Assembly: GCA_017508605.1 (NCBI GenBank)
Contig: JAFVYN010000034.1
Location: 47 to 64,046 of the forward strand
Source of the DNA: Clostridia bacterium
GTDB taxonomy: Bacteria > Bacillota > Clostridia > Oscillospirales > CAG-272
DNA: 64,000 nucleotides
Direction: 5' to 3'
A program made the position numbers and the translations under genes. Below are positions 42,485-52,165 of this stretch, in pieces (the stretch's first letter is position 1; every line of letters begins with the position of its first letter). The notes under the pieces were generated by a model. The model saw only the letters and a program-made list of their open reading frames with translations, was not told the origin of the DNA and searched no databases.

Positions 42485-42917
42485 AGCTTATGAGGACGTG
42501 CTGAAGCGAAACGGCACGCTGGTCTTCACCCCGGGCGGCACCTCCATGCAGCCCCTGCTTCGCCATCATGAAAACCCCGTGGTGCTACTTCCCGTCGAGG
42601 GCAGGCTGAAACGGGGGGACGTTCCCTTTTACAAGCGCGCCAACGGTCAGTACGTGCTGCACCGTATCATCCGTGTACATAAGGATGGCTACGATTGCTG
42701 TGGCGATAACCAGACGGCGCTCGAAAAGGGCGTCACCGATGACATGATCTTTGCCAGAATGGTTGGCTTTTATCAGGGAGAGCGCTATATTTCCTGCGAC
42801 GATCCCGCCATCGTCCGTTACAGCCGCCGCCGTATGGCATCAAGACCGATGCGCCACATCATCGCAAGAACCCGCTATCTCTTCGGGCGTGTTTTCAAGC
42901 CAAAACACCGCGATTAA
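42477..42917 (+). CDS. S24/S26-type serine peptidase-like protein
   Basis: The nucleophile motif GGTSMQP(L) is present and the size fits (~146 aa). The ATG at 42477 overlaps the PqqD stop, indicating translational coupling. Confidence 0.6.
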   Translation: MSEAYEDVLKRNGTLVFTPGGTSMQPLLRHHENPVVLLPVEGRLKRGDVPFYKRANGQYVLHRIIRVHKDGYDCCGDNQTALEKGVTDDMIFARMVGFYQGERYISCDDPAIVRYSRRRMASRPMRHIIARTRYLFGRVFKPKHRD

Positions 42918-42956
42918 CAAAACCAATCACCGTTATCAAAGAAAGAAGGAAAGTAT

Positions 42957-44408
42957 ATGGATCGCGACACAAGACGTGTCAAGGAAAACTACACCATGCT
43001 CTGCGACTTTTACGAGCTTACCATGGGTCAGGGCTATTTCAACTGCGGAAAGCGTGATACGATCACCTATTTCGATGTCTTTTTTCGCGATATTCCCGAC
43101 GGCGGAGGCTATGCCGTCTGCGCGGGACTCGATCAGCTGATTGACTACATCGAGGATCTCGCCTTCACCGAGGAGGACATCGAGTGCCTGAGAAGAAAGC
43201 GTCTCTTTTCCGAGGATTTTCTCAGCTATCTCAAGACCTTCCGCTTCACGGGTGATATCTGGGCGGTTCCCGAAGGCACACCCATCTTCCCCGGCGAACC
43301 CATCATGACCGTCCGCGCCCCCGCCATCGAGGCGCAGTTCATCGAGACCTTCGTCCTGCTTTCGCTGAACCATCAGTCGCTGATCGCCACCAAGACCTCA
43401 CGCATCGTGGGGGCAGCTGAGGGAAGACCCGTTTCGGAATTCGGCTCCCGACGTGCCCAGGGTACGGCAGGCGCGATCCTCGGTGCGCGCGCCGCGTATA
43501 TTGCGGGCTGCTCTTCCTCGGCATGTACCATTGCGGAGGAGCGATACGGCGTTCCCACGGGCGGTACGATGGCTCACTCCTGGGTGCAGATGTTCGATAC
43601 CGAATTTGAAGCCTTCGATACCTACTGCTCGATCTATCCCGACAGTGCGACCCTTCTGATCGACACCTATAACGTTCTCAAGAGCGGTGTGCCCAATGCC
43701 ATCAAGGCATTCAAGAAGCACAATATCAGACGGGGCGGTGTCAGAATCGACTCGGGTGACGTGGCGTATCTCTCGCGCCGTGTCAGAAGCATGCTTGACG
43801 AGGCGGGACTTTACGATATCAAGATCATCGTCTCGAACTCTCTTGACGAACATATCATCCGCGACCTCATTCAGCAGGGCGCCAAGATCGACGCCTTCGG
43901 TGTCGGCGAACGCCTTATCACCTCCCGTTCCTCCCCCGTCTTCGGCGGCGTGTATAAACTCGTTGCCGTGGAAAAGGAAGACGGCACGATCCTTCCGAAG
44001 ATCAAGATCTCCGAGAATATCGAAAAGATCACCAATCCCCACTATAAAAAGCTTTACCGTCTGTATGACAGAACCACGGGCAAGGCAATTGCCGACCAGA
44101 TCACCCTCTACAGCGAAACGATCGACGATACGAAGTCTCTTGAGATCTTCGACCCCCATTTCACCTGGAAAAAGAAGACCGTCGAGAACTTTATCGCAAG
44201 AGAGCTGCTCGTTCCCGTGTTTAAAAACGGTGTCTGCGTCTATCCCCGCTATTCGGTCGAGGAGATCCGTAGCTACTGCAAGAAGGAAATGGATACCCTC
44301 TGGGAGGAAGTCAAGCGTCTTGACAATCCTCACCGCTACTACGTTGACCTTTCGCATGAGCTTTGGGAGCTGAAGCACCGTCTGCTCAATGAAAATTCGC
44401 AGAGCTGA
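42957..44408 (+). CDS. pncB: Nicotinate phosphoribosyltransferase
   Basis: N-terminus NYTMLCDFYELTMGQGYF, then ..EFGSRRAQG.. and ..GTMAHSWVQ.. are typical of NAPRTase. Confidence 0.9.
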   Translation: MDRDTRRVKENYTMLCDFYELTMGQGYFNCGKRDTITYFDVFFRDIPDGGGYAVCAGLDQLIDYIEDLAFTEEDIECLRRKRLFSEDFLSYLKTFRFTGDIWAVPEGTPIFPGEPIMTVRAPAIEAQFIETFVLLSLNHQSLIATKTSRIVGAAEGRPVSEFGSRRAQGTAGAILGARAAYIAGCSSSACTIAEERYGVPTGGTMAHSWVQMFDTEFEAFDTYCSIYPDSATLLIDTYNVLKSGVPNAIKAFKKHNIRRGGVRIDSGDVAYLSRRVRSMLDEAGLYDIKIIVSNSLDEHIIRDLIQQGAKIDAFGVGERLITSRSSPVFGGVYKLVAVEKEDGTILPKIKISENIEKITNPHYKKLYRLYDRTTGKAIADQITLYSETIDDTKSLEIFDPHFTWKKKTVENFIARELLVPVFKNGVCVYPRYSVEEIRSYCKKEMDTLWEEVKRLDNPHRYYVDLSHELWELKHRLLNENSQS

Positions 44409-45217
44409 TGATACCTCCCTTCTCAAGCCCCTTTTTCCGCTGTCCGATCTGCCGCGAGCTTTTGAGGCGGCAGGAAAACAGCCTCGTCTGTCCGCACCGC
44501 CATACCTTTGATATCTCGTCTGGCGGCTCGGTCAATCTCTCGGGCGCGTTCGGTAAAAAGCACGGTGACAACGCCGATATGGTCAAAGCCAGACGGCAGT
44601 TTCTCATAAGCGGCGCCTATGCGCCCATGCGGGCTGCCGTAAAGGATCTGCTCGATCGCTATGTCAAAGAAGGCGTCCTTCTCGATTCGGGATGCGGCGA
44701 GGGGTATTATTCCGAAGCCTTTGTCAGCGAAAAAAGACAGGTGTACGGCATCGACATTTCCCCGAAAGCCGCCATGATGTGTGCCAAGCGCCGTGTCCTT
44801 TCGGGCGTGGCGGTAGCATCCTGCTATAATCTGCCCGTTCCCGACGGCATATGCGATGCCGTCACCAATATCTTCTCCCCCTTCTGCCGTGAGGAATTTT
44901 TGCGCGTTCTGAAGACGGGAGGCTACGTGATCGACGTCATCCCCGCCGAAAAACATCTGTGGGAGCTGAAAAGCGCCATTTACGATACGCCTTATGAAAA
45001 TACAATAAGACCGATCGGGATCGAGGGCTTTCGCCACGTCACGACCGAAAAGGTCGAAACTCGCTTCACCCTGCATACCCATGACGAGATCCGCGATCTT
45101 GTCCTGATGACACCCTATTTCTACCGCACGGGCAAGACGGGTCACGAACGCCTGTCAGCCCTTACTGAGCTTTCCGTCAGCGCCGAATTTTATCTTCTTG
45201 TTTATCAAAAGCTCTGA
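44408..45217 (+). CDS. rlmA: 23S rRNA (guanine-N1)-methyltransferase RlmA-like
   Basis: The N-terminal Zn ribbon is FRCPICRELLRRQENSLVCPHRHTFD. The SAM motif is LDSGCGEGYY. Confidence 0.75.
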   Translation: MIPPFSSPFFRCPICRELLRRQENSLVCPHRHTFDISSGGSVNLSGAFGKKHGDNADMVKARRQFLISGAYAPMRAAVKDLLDRYVKEGVLLDSGCGEGYYSEAFVSEKRQVYGIDISPKAAMMCAKRRVLSGVAVASCYNLPVPDGICDAVTNIFSPFCREEFLRVLKTGGYVIDVIPAEKHLWELKSAIYDTPYENTIRPIGIEGFRHVTTEKVETRFTLHTHDEIRDLVLMTPYFYRTGKTGHERLSALTELSVSAEFYLLVYQKL

Positions 45218-45237
45218 TTTTCAAGAAAGGAGCCGAT

Positions 45238-45780
45238 ATGAGCCTCTTTTTCGAACACTGTAAACAAAGCCGCGGCGATACCAAGAGCGTTCTCGCAAGG
45301 CTTCTTGATCCCATGCTCCTCACCGAGGTTGCCGAAGCGATCGCCTCGCATTTTCTGAAAAGCGGGGTCACGCGCGTGCTGACCTCCTCGCCCGCGGGGA
45401 TCGCCCTGGCTTACAAGACCGCCGAGCTGCTTTCGGCAAAGGCGGTATTTGCCAAGCCCTGCACCGAAGAGGAAAGCTACTCTGCCGTCGCCAACGCCAG
45501 AACGAACACCGTTTTGTCTCTGCCCAAGCGCTATCTCACCGCCGCCGATACCGTTCTGATCGTCGACGATACTCTTGCCACAGGAAGGATCGCCTCCGCA
45601 CTTCTCGAGATCACGCGTCAGTCGGGCGCCGCGCTTTGCGGCATCGGAGTCGCGCTTGAGAAGAAAAGCCACGGCGCTTCCGATAAGCTCCGCGCGCGGG
45701 GGATCGAGATCTTCTCTGCCGTCACCGAAACCGAGGGTGCGGGAGGAATTCCCGTCTTTGAGAAAAACGAAGCCACCTGA
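45238..45780 (+). CDS. Phosphoribosyltransferase-family protein (Xpt/PurR-C-like)
   Basis: The PRPP-binding loop reads VLIVDDTLATGRIASALLEI. Confidence 0.65.
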   Translation: MSLFFEHCKQSRGDTKSVLARLLDPMLLTEVAEAIASHFLKSGVTRVLTSSPAGIALAYKTAELLSAKAVFAKPCTEEESYSAVANARTNTVLSLPKRYLTAADTVLIVDDTLATGRIASALLEITRQSGAALCGIGVALEKKSHGASDKLRARGIEIFSAVTETEGAGGIPVFEKNEAT

Positions 45781-45812
45781 ACGCTCACTACGGTCTTATA
45801 CCGGATAAAGCA

Positions 45813-45846
45813 CCGGATCGGGAAATCCCGATCCGGCTTCTTTTTG
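45813..45846 (+). terminator. Rho-independent terminator
   Basis: CCGGATCGGGA-AA-TCCCGATCCGG followed by CTTCTTTTT. Confidence 0.75.
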
Positions 45847-46031
45847 TGTGTTTTTATTGTTTTTCGATACATTACTAAGAAGCCTCCGCCCGCCTTGTAC
45901 AAAAATTTCGGCTTTCGCCGTTTCGCCCCTTCACACACGGAGAGACCTGCCCCTTTTTTATGCGAAGCTGATGGCATAACCCGTCCTTTCCTTGCATATC
46001 TTGGTAAAAAAGATCTCAAGGAGTATTCGGT

Positions 46032-46535
46032 ATGTTTATTTACGCAGTGAAGGGCTCGACCCTGAAATTCACGGCAGCGCTGATTCTCTCTCTTGCCGTT
46101 CTCGTTCTGCTCGTCATCTTTCTGCCCGCCTATGACGGCGATGCCCTGCCCACCCTCTCGATCGACGGTAAGGAAGTCACCTTCCACAATATCCGCACCG
46201 ATAAGGAACGCCGCGATTTTCTCACGCAGTTCGGCTGGACGGTCTCCGACAAAGAGCCGTTTTACGAGGAGGTCTCGATCCCCAAAGAATTCGACTCGGT
46301 CTTCGCCGCCTATAACGATCTGCAAAAATCACAAGGACTTGACCTCTCGCGCTACGGCGGTAAGATCTGCCACCATTATCGCTATGAGATCACCAATTTC
46401 GATACGGGTGAGACGGTCTATGCCAATCTTCTCATCTATCGGGGCAGAGTGATCGGCGGCGATATCTCCTCTGCCAAAATGAACGGCTTCTCCCTTCCCT
46501 TTACGGGCAAGGACAAAGCACCTTCCACAGAATAA
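46032..46535 (+). CDS. DUF4830-like membrane-anchored protein
   Basis: An N-terminal TM helix is followed by ..RRDFLTQFGWTVSDKEPFYEEVSIPKEFDSVFAAYNDLQKSQGLDLSRYGGK.., recalled as DUF4830-like. Confidence 0.55.
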   Translation: MFIYAVKGSTLKFTAALILSLAVLVLLVIFLPAYDGDALPTLSIDGKEVTFHNIRTDKERRDFLTQFGWTVSDKEPFYEEVSIPKEFDSVFAAYNDLQKSQGLDLSRYGGKICHHYRYEITNFDTGETVYANLLIYRGRVIGGDISSAKMNGFSLPFTGKDKAPSTE

Positions 46536-46539
46536 AAAG

Positions 46540-46567
46540 CGGCAGTCCGCCGATCGGCGGACTGCCG
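46540..46567. terminator. Palindromic terminator hairpin (U-tract only for the minus-strand gene)
   Basis: GGCAGTCCGCCGATCGGCGGACTGCC is preceded by AAAAA on the plus strand. Confidence 0.65.
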
Positions 46568-46587
46568 TTATCATGTATACTGTGAAT

Positions 46588-47877
46588 TTATACCACAATG
46601 CCAAGCGTCAGAAGCGCTGTCGCGAGAGCGGGAAGCGCTACGAACAGACCGACCTTGACAAAATCAAAATAACCGAATTTCAGATTCTGTTCCTTCAGCA
46701 TCGAAGACCACATGATCCCGGCAAGCGCACCGATGGGGGTGAGGCAAGCGCCGAGATTCGATCCGATCACAGTGGCATAGACCGCAGATTCCGACGCACC
46801 CTCAAGAATGGAGGAATACAGAACGCTCATCGGAATGTTATTGATGAGATTGGATGCCACAAAGGAAGAAAGGCCGTATTTCAGAACGGGATGCACACCG
46901 CCAAGCAGTGTCATCATGCCGTCGGTCACACCGTTCACGTGAAGCGCCTCGACCATGACGAACATCGACAGAATAAAAGGCACAAGCTCCCAGGGCGCAC
47001 GCTTGACACAGGAGGCAAGCATACGGGGTTTTCTGCGGCGAACGATCGAGATGATTGCCGTACAAACAAAGAGACTGATTGCCGAAACGAGGGATACGAG
47101 CCACATCTCGATGCCGATGTACGAGCCGATCGCGAGGATCAGCGTGCAAAGGGCGAGATGAAGGATGCCGACCGTCAGAAGAAGACGGTCTTTCGCTTTT
47201 TCGCTCTCGGAGGAGATGGACATGGGCTTTTGCAGATGGCGGTGGAAAAGCAGATACAAAAATCCGAATGCCACCGTACCCGAAAGCACAGTCGGTAAGA
47301 GCATGACCTTGAGGTAAGACACGAAATTACCGCCCGCCGCCGTCACAAGATAAATATTCGTGGGGTTGCCGATGATCAGCGCCATGCTCCAGGTATTTGC
47401 CGCCACAAACTCTGCCGCAAGATAAGGAATCGGACTGATATTCGCGTGCTTGGCGAAATAGCAGATGAAGGGCGTGAAGGACAAAATGATGATGTCGTTC
47501 GAGGTAAAGACCGTCAGAACCGATACCGTAACATACAAAATCAGAAAGAGCTTCGTCTGACTCTTGCCTGCGTGCTTCAGCGCGCATCCCGCGAGATAAC
47601 GGAAAAAACCAAGCTCGTCAAGAAAGATCGAAAGCACCGTCATCGAAATAAACAAAACGAGAATTTTCAGAGGATTCACTGCCGTGTCGGCAAAGAGCGA
47701 GGAAAGGACGGTGTCGACCTTCACCGAGCCGAGAACGAGAAGAAGAAGGGCGCCGATCAGGGTGATCAGCCAATATGTACCGAGAGAGACTCTTCCGAGC
47801 TTCACCTTCGGGAAGAACAAGACCGCAAGGATCATCACAAAACAAGTCAGAGAAGCGATCACAACAGATGTCAGCAT
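46588..47877 (-). CDS. ArsB/NhaD-superfamily anion permease (citrate-transporter-like)
   Basis: 429 aa and highly hydrophobic with ~10-12 TM helices. Internal repeat topology and motifs (..NDIIILSFTP.., ..IGSNLGACLTPIGALAG..) fit the ArsB/NhaD fold. Confidence 0.75.
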   Translation of the reverse strand: MLTSVVIASLTCFVMILAVLFFPKVKLGRVSLGTYWLITLIGALLLLVLGSVKVDTVLSSLFADTAVNPLKILVLFISMTVLSIFLDELGFFRYLAGCALKHAGKSQTKLFLILYVTVSVLTVFTSNDIIILSFTPFICYFAKHANISPIPYLAAEFVAANTWSMALIIGNPTNIYLVTAAGGNFVSYLKVMLLPTVLSGTVAFGFLYLLFHRHLQKPMSISSESEKAKDRLLLTVGILHLALCTLILAIGSYIGIEMWLVSLVSAISLFVCTAIISIVRRRKPRMLASCVKRAPWELVPFILSMFVMVEALHVNGVTDGMMTLLGGVHPVLKYGLSSFVASNLINNIPMSVLYSSILEGASESAVYATVIGSNLGACLTPIGALAGIMWSSMLKEQNLKFGYFDFVKVGLFVALPALATALLTLGIVV

Positions 47878-47995
47878 ATATCTACCTCATACCGCATTTA
47901 CAAATTCACAACAATTCCATATAGTAGCACTTCTTCCCCCGTTTGTCAAGAGGATTTTTCTATTTTTCCGACCTTTTTTCACAGCCCGAAGAGGC

Positions 47996-48024
47996 TTGAC
48001 AAAGCCTGTAAAATGGTGTACAAT
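47996..48024 (+). promoter_or_regulatory. Sigma-A-type promoter (TTGACA-17-TACAAT)
   Basis: TTGACA at 47996-48001 and TACAAT at 48019-48024, ~29 nt upstream of the ATG at 48053. Confidence 0.6.
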
Positions 48025-48052
48025 CAAAGAAAAAAACGAAAGAGCTTTGATT

Positions 48053-49258
48053 ATGACCTATACCTTCGTTGCCACTTGTTTATTCGGACTGGAGCATGCC
48101 CTGGGCGAGGAGATCGACGCCCTCGGCTATGAACGGATCGCGACCATCGACGGCAGAGTGACCTTCAGAGGCGATCTCTCCGCCGCTGTGCGCTGTAATC
48201 TCTGGCTTCGCACGGCAGAGCGCCTCTATCTTTCGCTCGGCGATTTTCACGCCGACAGCTTCGAAGCGCTGTTTGAAGGCACACGCCGTCTTCCCTGGGA
48301 GGCATTCATCGGAAGACAAGACCGCTTTCCCGTCACGGGACACGCCATCAAAAGCCGACTGTATTCCATTCCCGACTGCCAATCGATCGTCAAAAAAGCC
48401 ATTGTCGAGCGCCTGAAGGCGAAATACGGCATTTCATGGTTTTCCGAAGAGGGTGTCAACTATGCCGTAGAGTTTTTCATTCTGAATGACCGCGCCCATC
48501 TCATGATCGACCTCTCGGGTACAGCCCTTCATAAGCGCGGCTACCGTCCTGTTGCCAACGCCGCCCCGCTCAGGGAGACTCTTGCCGCCGCCCTTGTCAA
48601 GATAGCCCGCCCCCGTGAGGACGTTCTCTTCTGGGATCCCATGTGCGGCAGCGGTACGATCGCCATTGAAGCCGCCATGCAGATGGCGAATATCGCCCCG
48701 GGCTTCCGCCGTTCCTTCGTTGCCGAGACCTTTCCGCAGATCGACAAAAACCTCTGGCTCTCAGCCCGTGAAGAGGTCGCCTCCTTACGGCGGGAAACAA
48801 AATTCGAAGCCTATGCCTCGGACATCGATCCCGATGCCCTTGCGATCTGCAAGGAAAACTGCACACGCGCGGGAGTTTCGGGCATCGTCAAGGCGTTTGA
48901 AAGAAATGCCCTGGAGATCAGAACCGGGGGCAGACGGGGTACGATCGTCACCAATCCCCCCTACGGCGAGCGCCTTCTGACCCTTGAGGAGACCGAAGCA
49001 CTTTACCGCAATATGGGGAAGCATTTTGCCACCCTCGACGCATGGCAGATCTATATCCTCACCTCGCACGAGCAGTTTGAAAAGCTCTACAACCGCCGTG
49101 CCGACAAGGTGAGAAAGCTGTATAACGGCATGATTCCCTGCTATTACTACCAGTTCTTCAAAAAGCCCGATCCGAATGCCCGTTTTCAGAAAAACCGTCC
49201 CCATCCCGCATCCGCAAAGCCGCAGACAGAACGCGAAAAGTGGAAAAAACACAAATAA
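48053..49258 (+). CDS. THUMP-domain class I SAM-dependent RNA methyltransferase
   Basis: The start MTYTFVATCLFGLEHALGEEI is taken at the internal ATG of track ORF 47684. The sequence contains ..DPMCGSGTIAIEAA.. and ..TNPPYGERL (N6-adenine/guanine MTase motif IV). Confidence 0.85.
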   Translation: MTYTFVATCLFGLEHALGEEIDALGYERIATIDGRVTFRGDLSAAVRCNLWLRTAERLYLSLGDFHADSFEALFEGTRRLPWEAFIGRQDRFPVTGHAIKSRLYSIPDCQSIVKKAIVERLKAKYGISWFSEEGVNYAVEFFILNDRAHLMIDLSGTALHKRGYRPVANAAPLRETLAAALVKIARPREDVLFWDPMCGSGTIAIEAAMQMANIAPGFRRSFVAETFPQIDKNLWLSAREEVASLRRETKFEAYASDIDPDALAICKENCTRAGVSGIVKAFERNALEIRTGGRRGTIVTNPPYGERLLTLEETEALYRNMGKHFATLDAWQIYILTSHEQFEKLYNRRADKVRKLYNGMIPCYYYQFFKKPDPNARFQKNRPHPASAKPQTEREKWKKHK

Positions 49259-49263
49259 GATAC

Positions 49264-49297
49264 ATGCTCCCGACCGAAAACATTCGGTCGGGAGCAT
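49264..49297. terminator. Bidirectional terminator hairpin
   Basis: ATGCTCCCGACCGAA-AACA-TTCGGTCGGGAGCAT, a perfect 15-bp stem. Confidence 0.8.
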
Positions 49298-49314
49298 TTA
49301 ATTGTTACGAATAC

Positions 49315-51042
49315 TTATTTTCCGAGGATCACGATCTCGGAGATCGCAATGGGCTTATCGGCGTCAAAGGTGATCGTCACGCTTGTGACCTTCACACCGC
49401 GGCTCAGCTCCACGATCGCAGAGCTGCCCGCGTAAACAGATTCCTTATTTGCCTCATACGAATCACTCAGCACCTTGACGTTCTCTGCGCTGTAATACTC
49501 GCCCACCGTCACCTTGTCAACGGCGGTAAAGGAGGTCGCATAGTCCGAGCTGTTATAGACCAGCACCGAGGACACCTCGACAGCGCCCGCAAAGGTAAAG
49601 GTCAAAGTAACCTTGCCGCTCTCGGCTTTGGCTTCAAAATCACGGTACTTGCGGCTGGCATTGATCTGACCGTCGGTGAGATAGCCAAGTCCCGTGATCG
49701 TGCCCTCAGCCGTTACCGTTGCCGAAGGCGCCAGATTCTTGACGCCCGAGATCACCGAGGGCAGGGGCTGTGAGGTCACGGTCGGACCGTTGATATAGAG
49801 CGTGCCGTCCTCACGGAAGCCCACCGAGTCGATGGTGAAATGACGGAAGCCGTCCTTTTCGGGCATCAGCGTATGGTAAACCACGTAAAGCTCGCCCTCG
49901 ATCGTCAGAAACATGGCGTGACCCGTGCCGTCGTAATAATCCCAGTTGCTGTCTTCCTTGGGGTCGATACCCATGATCGGCTGATTGGTATCCTTGATGT
50001 ACGTACCGAGAGGCGAAGAAGAGGTTGCGTAACCTACGGAATAGTACTTCGAGCCGAAATAATTGGCGCTGTAGGTAAGGTAATATACGCCGTTATGCTT
50101 CAGAACGAACGGACCTTCGTTCCACATACCCTGCTGTGTCTCCCAACGCTGGGTGAAAACGCCCTTTTCCTTGAGAGTCGATCTGCCGACCTCAGTCAGC
50201 TTGACGGGTTCTGCGCCGTCCTTGATCGTGAAGGGGTCAGAAAGCTCGATCCCCCACAGGGTGGAACGGACGGTGGTATTGTTACCGCCCGACGAGCTGT
50301 TATCTCCGATCTGATCGCGTACGAAGAAATAATACATGCTGCCGTCATCGTCAATGAAGAGCGAGCCGTCGATGGTAGGGAAATTACTGCCGAAATCGAA
50401 GAGAGGCTTGGAGCCGTCAATTCCCTCGGCAACGCTGTTGGTGAATGGACCAAGGGGTGAGGAGGCAGTTGCCACACTGCCGTGCAGAACACCGTTTCCG
50501 CCCTTGGCGGCGGTGTAATAGAGATAATAGGTATCCCCGAGCTTATAGACCTCGGGTGCCCACAGACGGCTGGTACACCAATCGTTGCCGTCTGGCACAA
50601 AGCATGCGCCGCCATCCTCCCAGTTTACGAGATCCTTCGAGGTATAGACCTCAAATTCCTCCACGATCTTACCGGGCTTCACGTATTTTCTCGTTGTGCC
50701 GTAAAGGTAGAACGTGCCGTCCTCGTAATAGAGATAGGGGTCGCCCGCAAAGGGACCGGCTTTGTAAAGGCGGTTGTAATAAAACAGCTCCGACTCAGAT
50801 GCCTTCAGGCTGTTTTGGTAATTCAGCACCGTGACCGACTGATCGAAGGGATCGGCAAGAGAGCCTCCCGACGTTGTGGTCGGCACCGTTGTCACAGGCG
50901 CTTTTTCGGTGGTTTCGCCTCCGATGACCTCAGTTGTGATCGGGGGAGCGTTCGTGATGGCGGGATCTGTGCAAGAGACAAACGCGGTGATGAGAAGAAT
51001 GAACAGCACAAAAAGTCCAAAATGTTTGAAGCTTGTGTTCAT
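49315..51042 (-). CDS. GH43-family glycoside hydrolase lipoprotein with a C-terminal beta-sandwich (CBM-like) domain
   Basis: Start at ATG 51042 (MNTSFKHFGLFVLFILLITAFVSC lipobox) after AAAGGAAA. GH43 blades include FAGDPYLYYEDGTFYLYGT, LWAPEVYKLGDTYYLYYTA and IDGSLFIDDDGSMYYFF. Confidence 0.8.
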   Translation of the reverse strand: MNTSFKHFGLFVLFILLITAFVSCTDPAITNAPPITTEVIGGETTEKAPVTTVPTTTSGGSLADPFDQSVTVLNYQNSLKASESELFYYNRLYKAGPFAGDPYLYYEDGTFYLYGTTRKYVKPGKIVEEFEVYTSKDLVNWEDGGACFVPDGNDWCTSRLWAPEVYKLGDTYYLYYTAAKGGNGVLHGSVATASSPLGPFTNSVAEGIDGSKPLFDFGSNFPTIDGSLFIDDDGSMYYFFVRDQIGDNSSSGGNNTTVRSTLWGIELSDPFTIKDGAEPVKLTEVGRSTLKEKGVFTQRWETQQGMWNEGPFVLKHNGVYYLTYSANYFGSKYYSVGYATSSSPLGTYIKDTNQPIMGIDPKEDSNWDYYDGTGHAMFLTIEGELYVVYHTLMPEKDGFRHFTIDSVGFREDGTLYINGPTVTSQPLPSVISGVKNLAPSATVTAEGTITGLGYLTDGQINASRKYRDFEAKAESGKVTLTFTFAGAVEVSSVLVYNSSDYATSFTAVDKVTVGEYYSAENVKVLSDSYEANKESVYAGSSAIVELSRGVKVTSVTITFDADKPIAISEIVILGK

Positions 51043-51078
51043 GATTTTATTTCCTTTTCTTTGATTATATGACAAGTC

Positions 51079-52125
51079 TCAGGCAAGCGCCGACTGAATG
51101 AGCCGATCGATCAGCTCACGGTAAGCGATACCCGATGCCTCCATCATCTTGGGATACATACTGATCGACGTAAAGCCGGGCATGGTGTTGATCTCATTGA
51201 ACACCACTCTCTCGCCGTCGACGAAGAAATCCACCCGCGCAAGACCCTTGCAGTCAAGCGCGCGGAAGATCTTTTTGGCATATGCCTTTACTTTTTCGCG
51301 TGCCTTTTCCGATATGCGTGCGGGAATATGATAGGTCGCTGTATTGTTTACGTATTTCGTTTCGTAATCGTAGAATTCACTGCCCGGCACGATCTCGCCC
51401 GGCTCGGCGGCAAAGATCCCGTCTTCACCGAGAACTGCCACCTCGACCTCCGCGCCCTTGATATATTCCTCAATGAGAACACGGCGGTCTGAAAGAAGCG
51501 CTTTATGAAGCGCGGGCAGAAGCTCATCGGCGGAATTCACACGGCTGACACCGCAGGACGAGCCTGAAGCCGATGGCTTGACAAAGAGCGGATAGCCCAG
51601 TGACTCGCACGCCATGGCAATACGGATAGGATCACGCTCGATCTCACGCCGATCGACCGCCATCGCCATTGCCTGAGGGATATTATAATTCTTCAGGATC
51701 ATCTTGGCAGTCGCCTTATCCATCGAGACTGCCGAGGACAGACAACCGCAGCCCACGTATCTGACACCGCAGATATCAAAAAGCCCCTGCAATGTGCCGT
51801 CCTCACCGTTTTTGCCGTGCATGACGGGAAACGCCACGTCGATCTGTCTGGTTTCCGGCGTATCACCCACGATCATCAGCCTGCCCCCATTGGGGTCGGG
51901 CACGAAAAACGATTCTTTTGTGGCATATAAGAGCCAGCTATCCTTCGTGAGGTCGGAAAGCGCCCCTTCGTAAAGAAGCCACTTGCCCTCCTTGGTGATC
52001 CCGACTGTCGTGATCTCATATTTGTCACGGTCCATGACCGAAAGCACCGACGCCGCGCTGACGATCGACACCTCATGCTCCTCCGATACGCCGCCGAACA
52101 GACAGCATACCCGTATCTTGTTCAT
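51079..52125 (-). CDS. ddl: D-alanine--D-alanine ligase
   Basis: MNKIRVCCLFGGVSEEHEVSIVSA..., the ATP-grasp core and the C-terminus ..NEINTMPGFTSISMYPKM are present. The ATG at 52125 lies 8 nt after AAGAGG. Confidence 0.9.
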   Translation of the reverse strand: MNKIRVCCLFGGVSEEHEVSIVSAASVLSVMDRDKYEITTVGITKEGKWLLYEGALSDLTKDSWLLYATKESFFVPDPNGGRLMIVGDTPETRQIDVAFPVMHGKNGEDGTLQGLFDICGVRYVGCGCLSSAVSMDKATAKMILKNYNIPQAMAMAVDRREIERDPIRIAMACESLGYPLFVKPSASGSSCGVSRVNSADELLPALHKALLSDRRVLIEEYIKGAEVEVAVLGEDGIFAAEPGEIVPGSEFYDYETKYVNNTATYHIPARISEKAREKVKAYAKKIFRALDCKGLARVDFFVDGERVVFNEINTMPGFTSISMYPKMMEASGIAYRELIDRLIQSALA

Positions 52126-52165
52126 GATCAACACCTCTTTATCAATGTCTTACCTTAGTATATGC

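Noticed and set aside
42957-44408. pncB (NAD salvage) next to the PqqD cassette, considered as functionally linked to TIR NADase activity.
   Set aside because: pncB is a common housekeeping gene with its own RBS. It is followed by rlmA-like and PRTase genes, and nothing in the sequence ties it to either TIR locus beyond the general theme of NAD.
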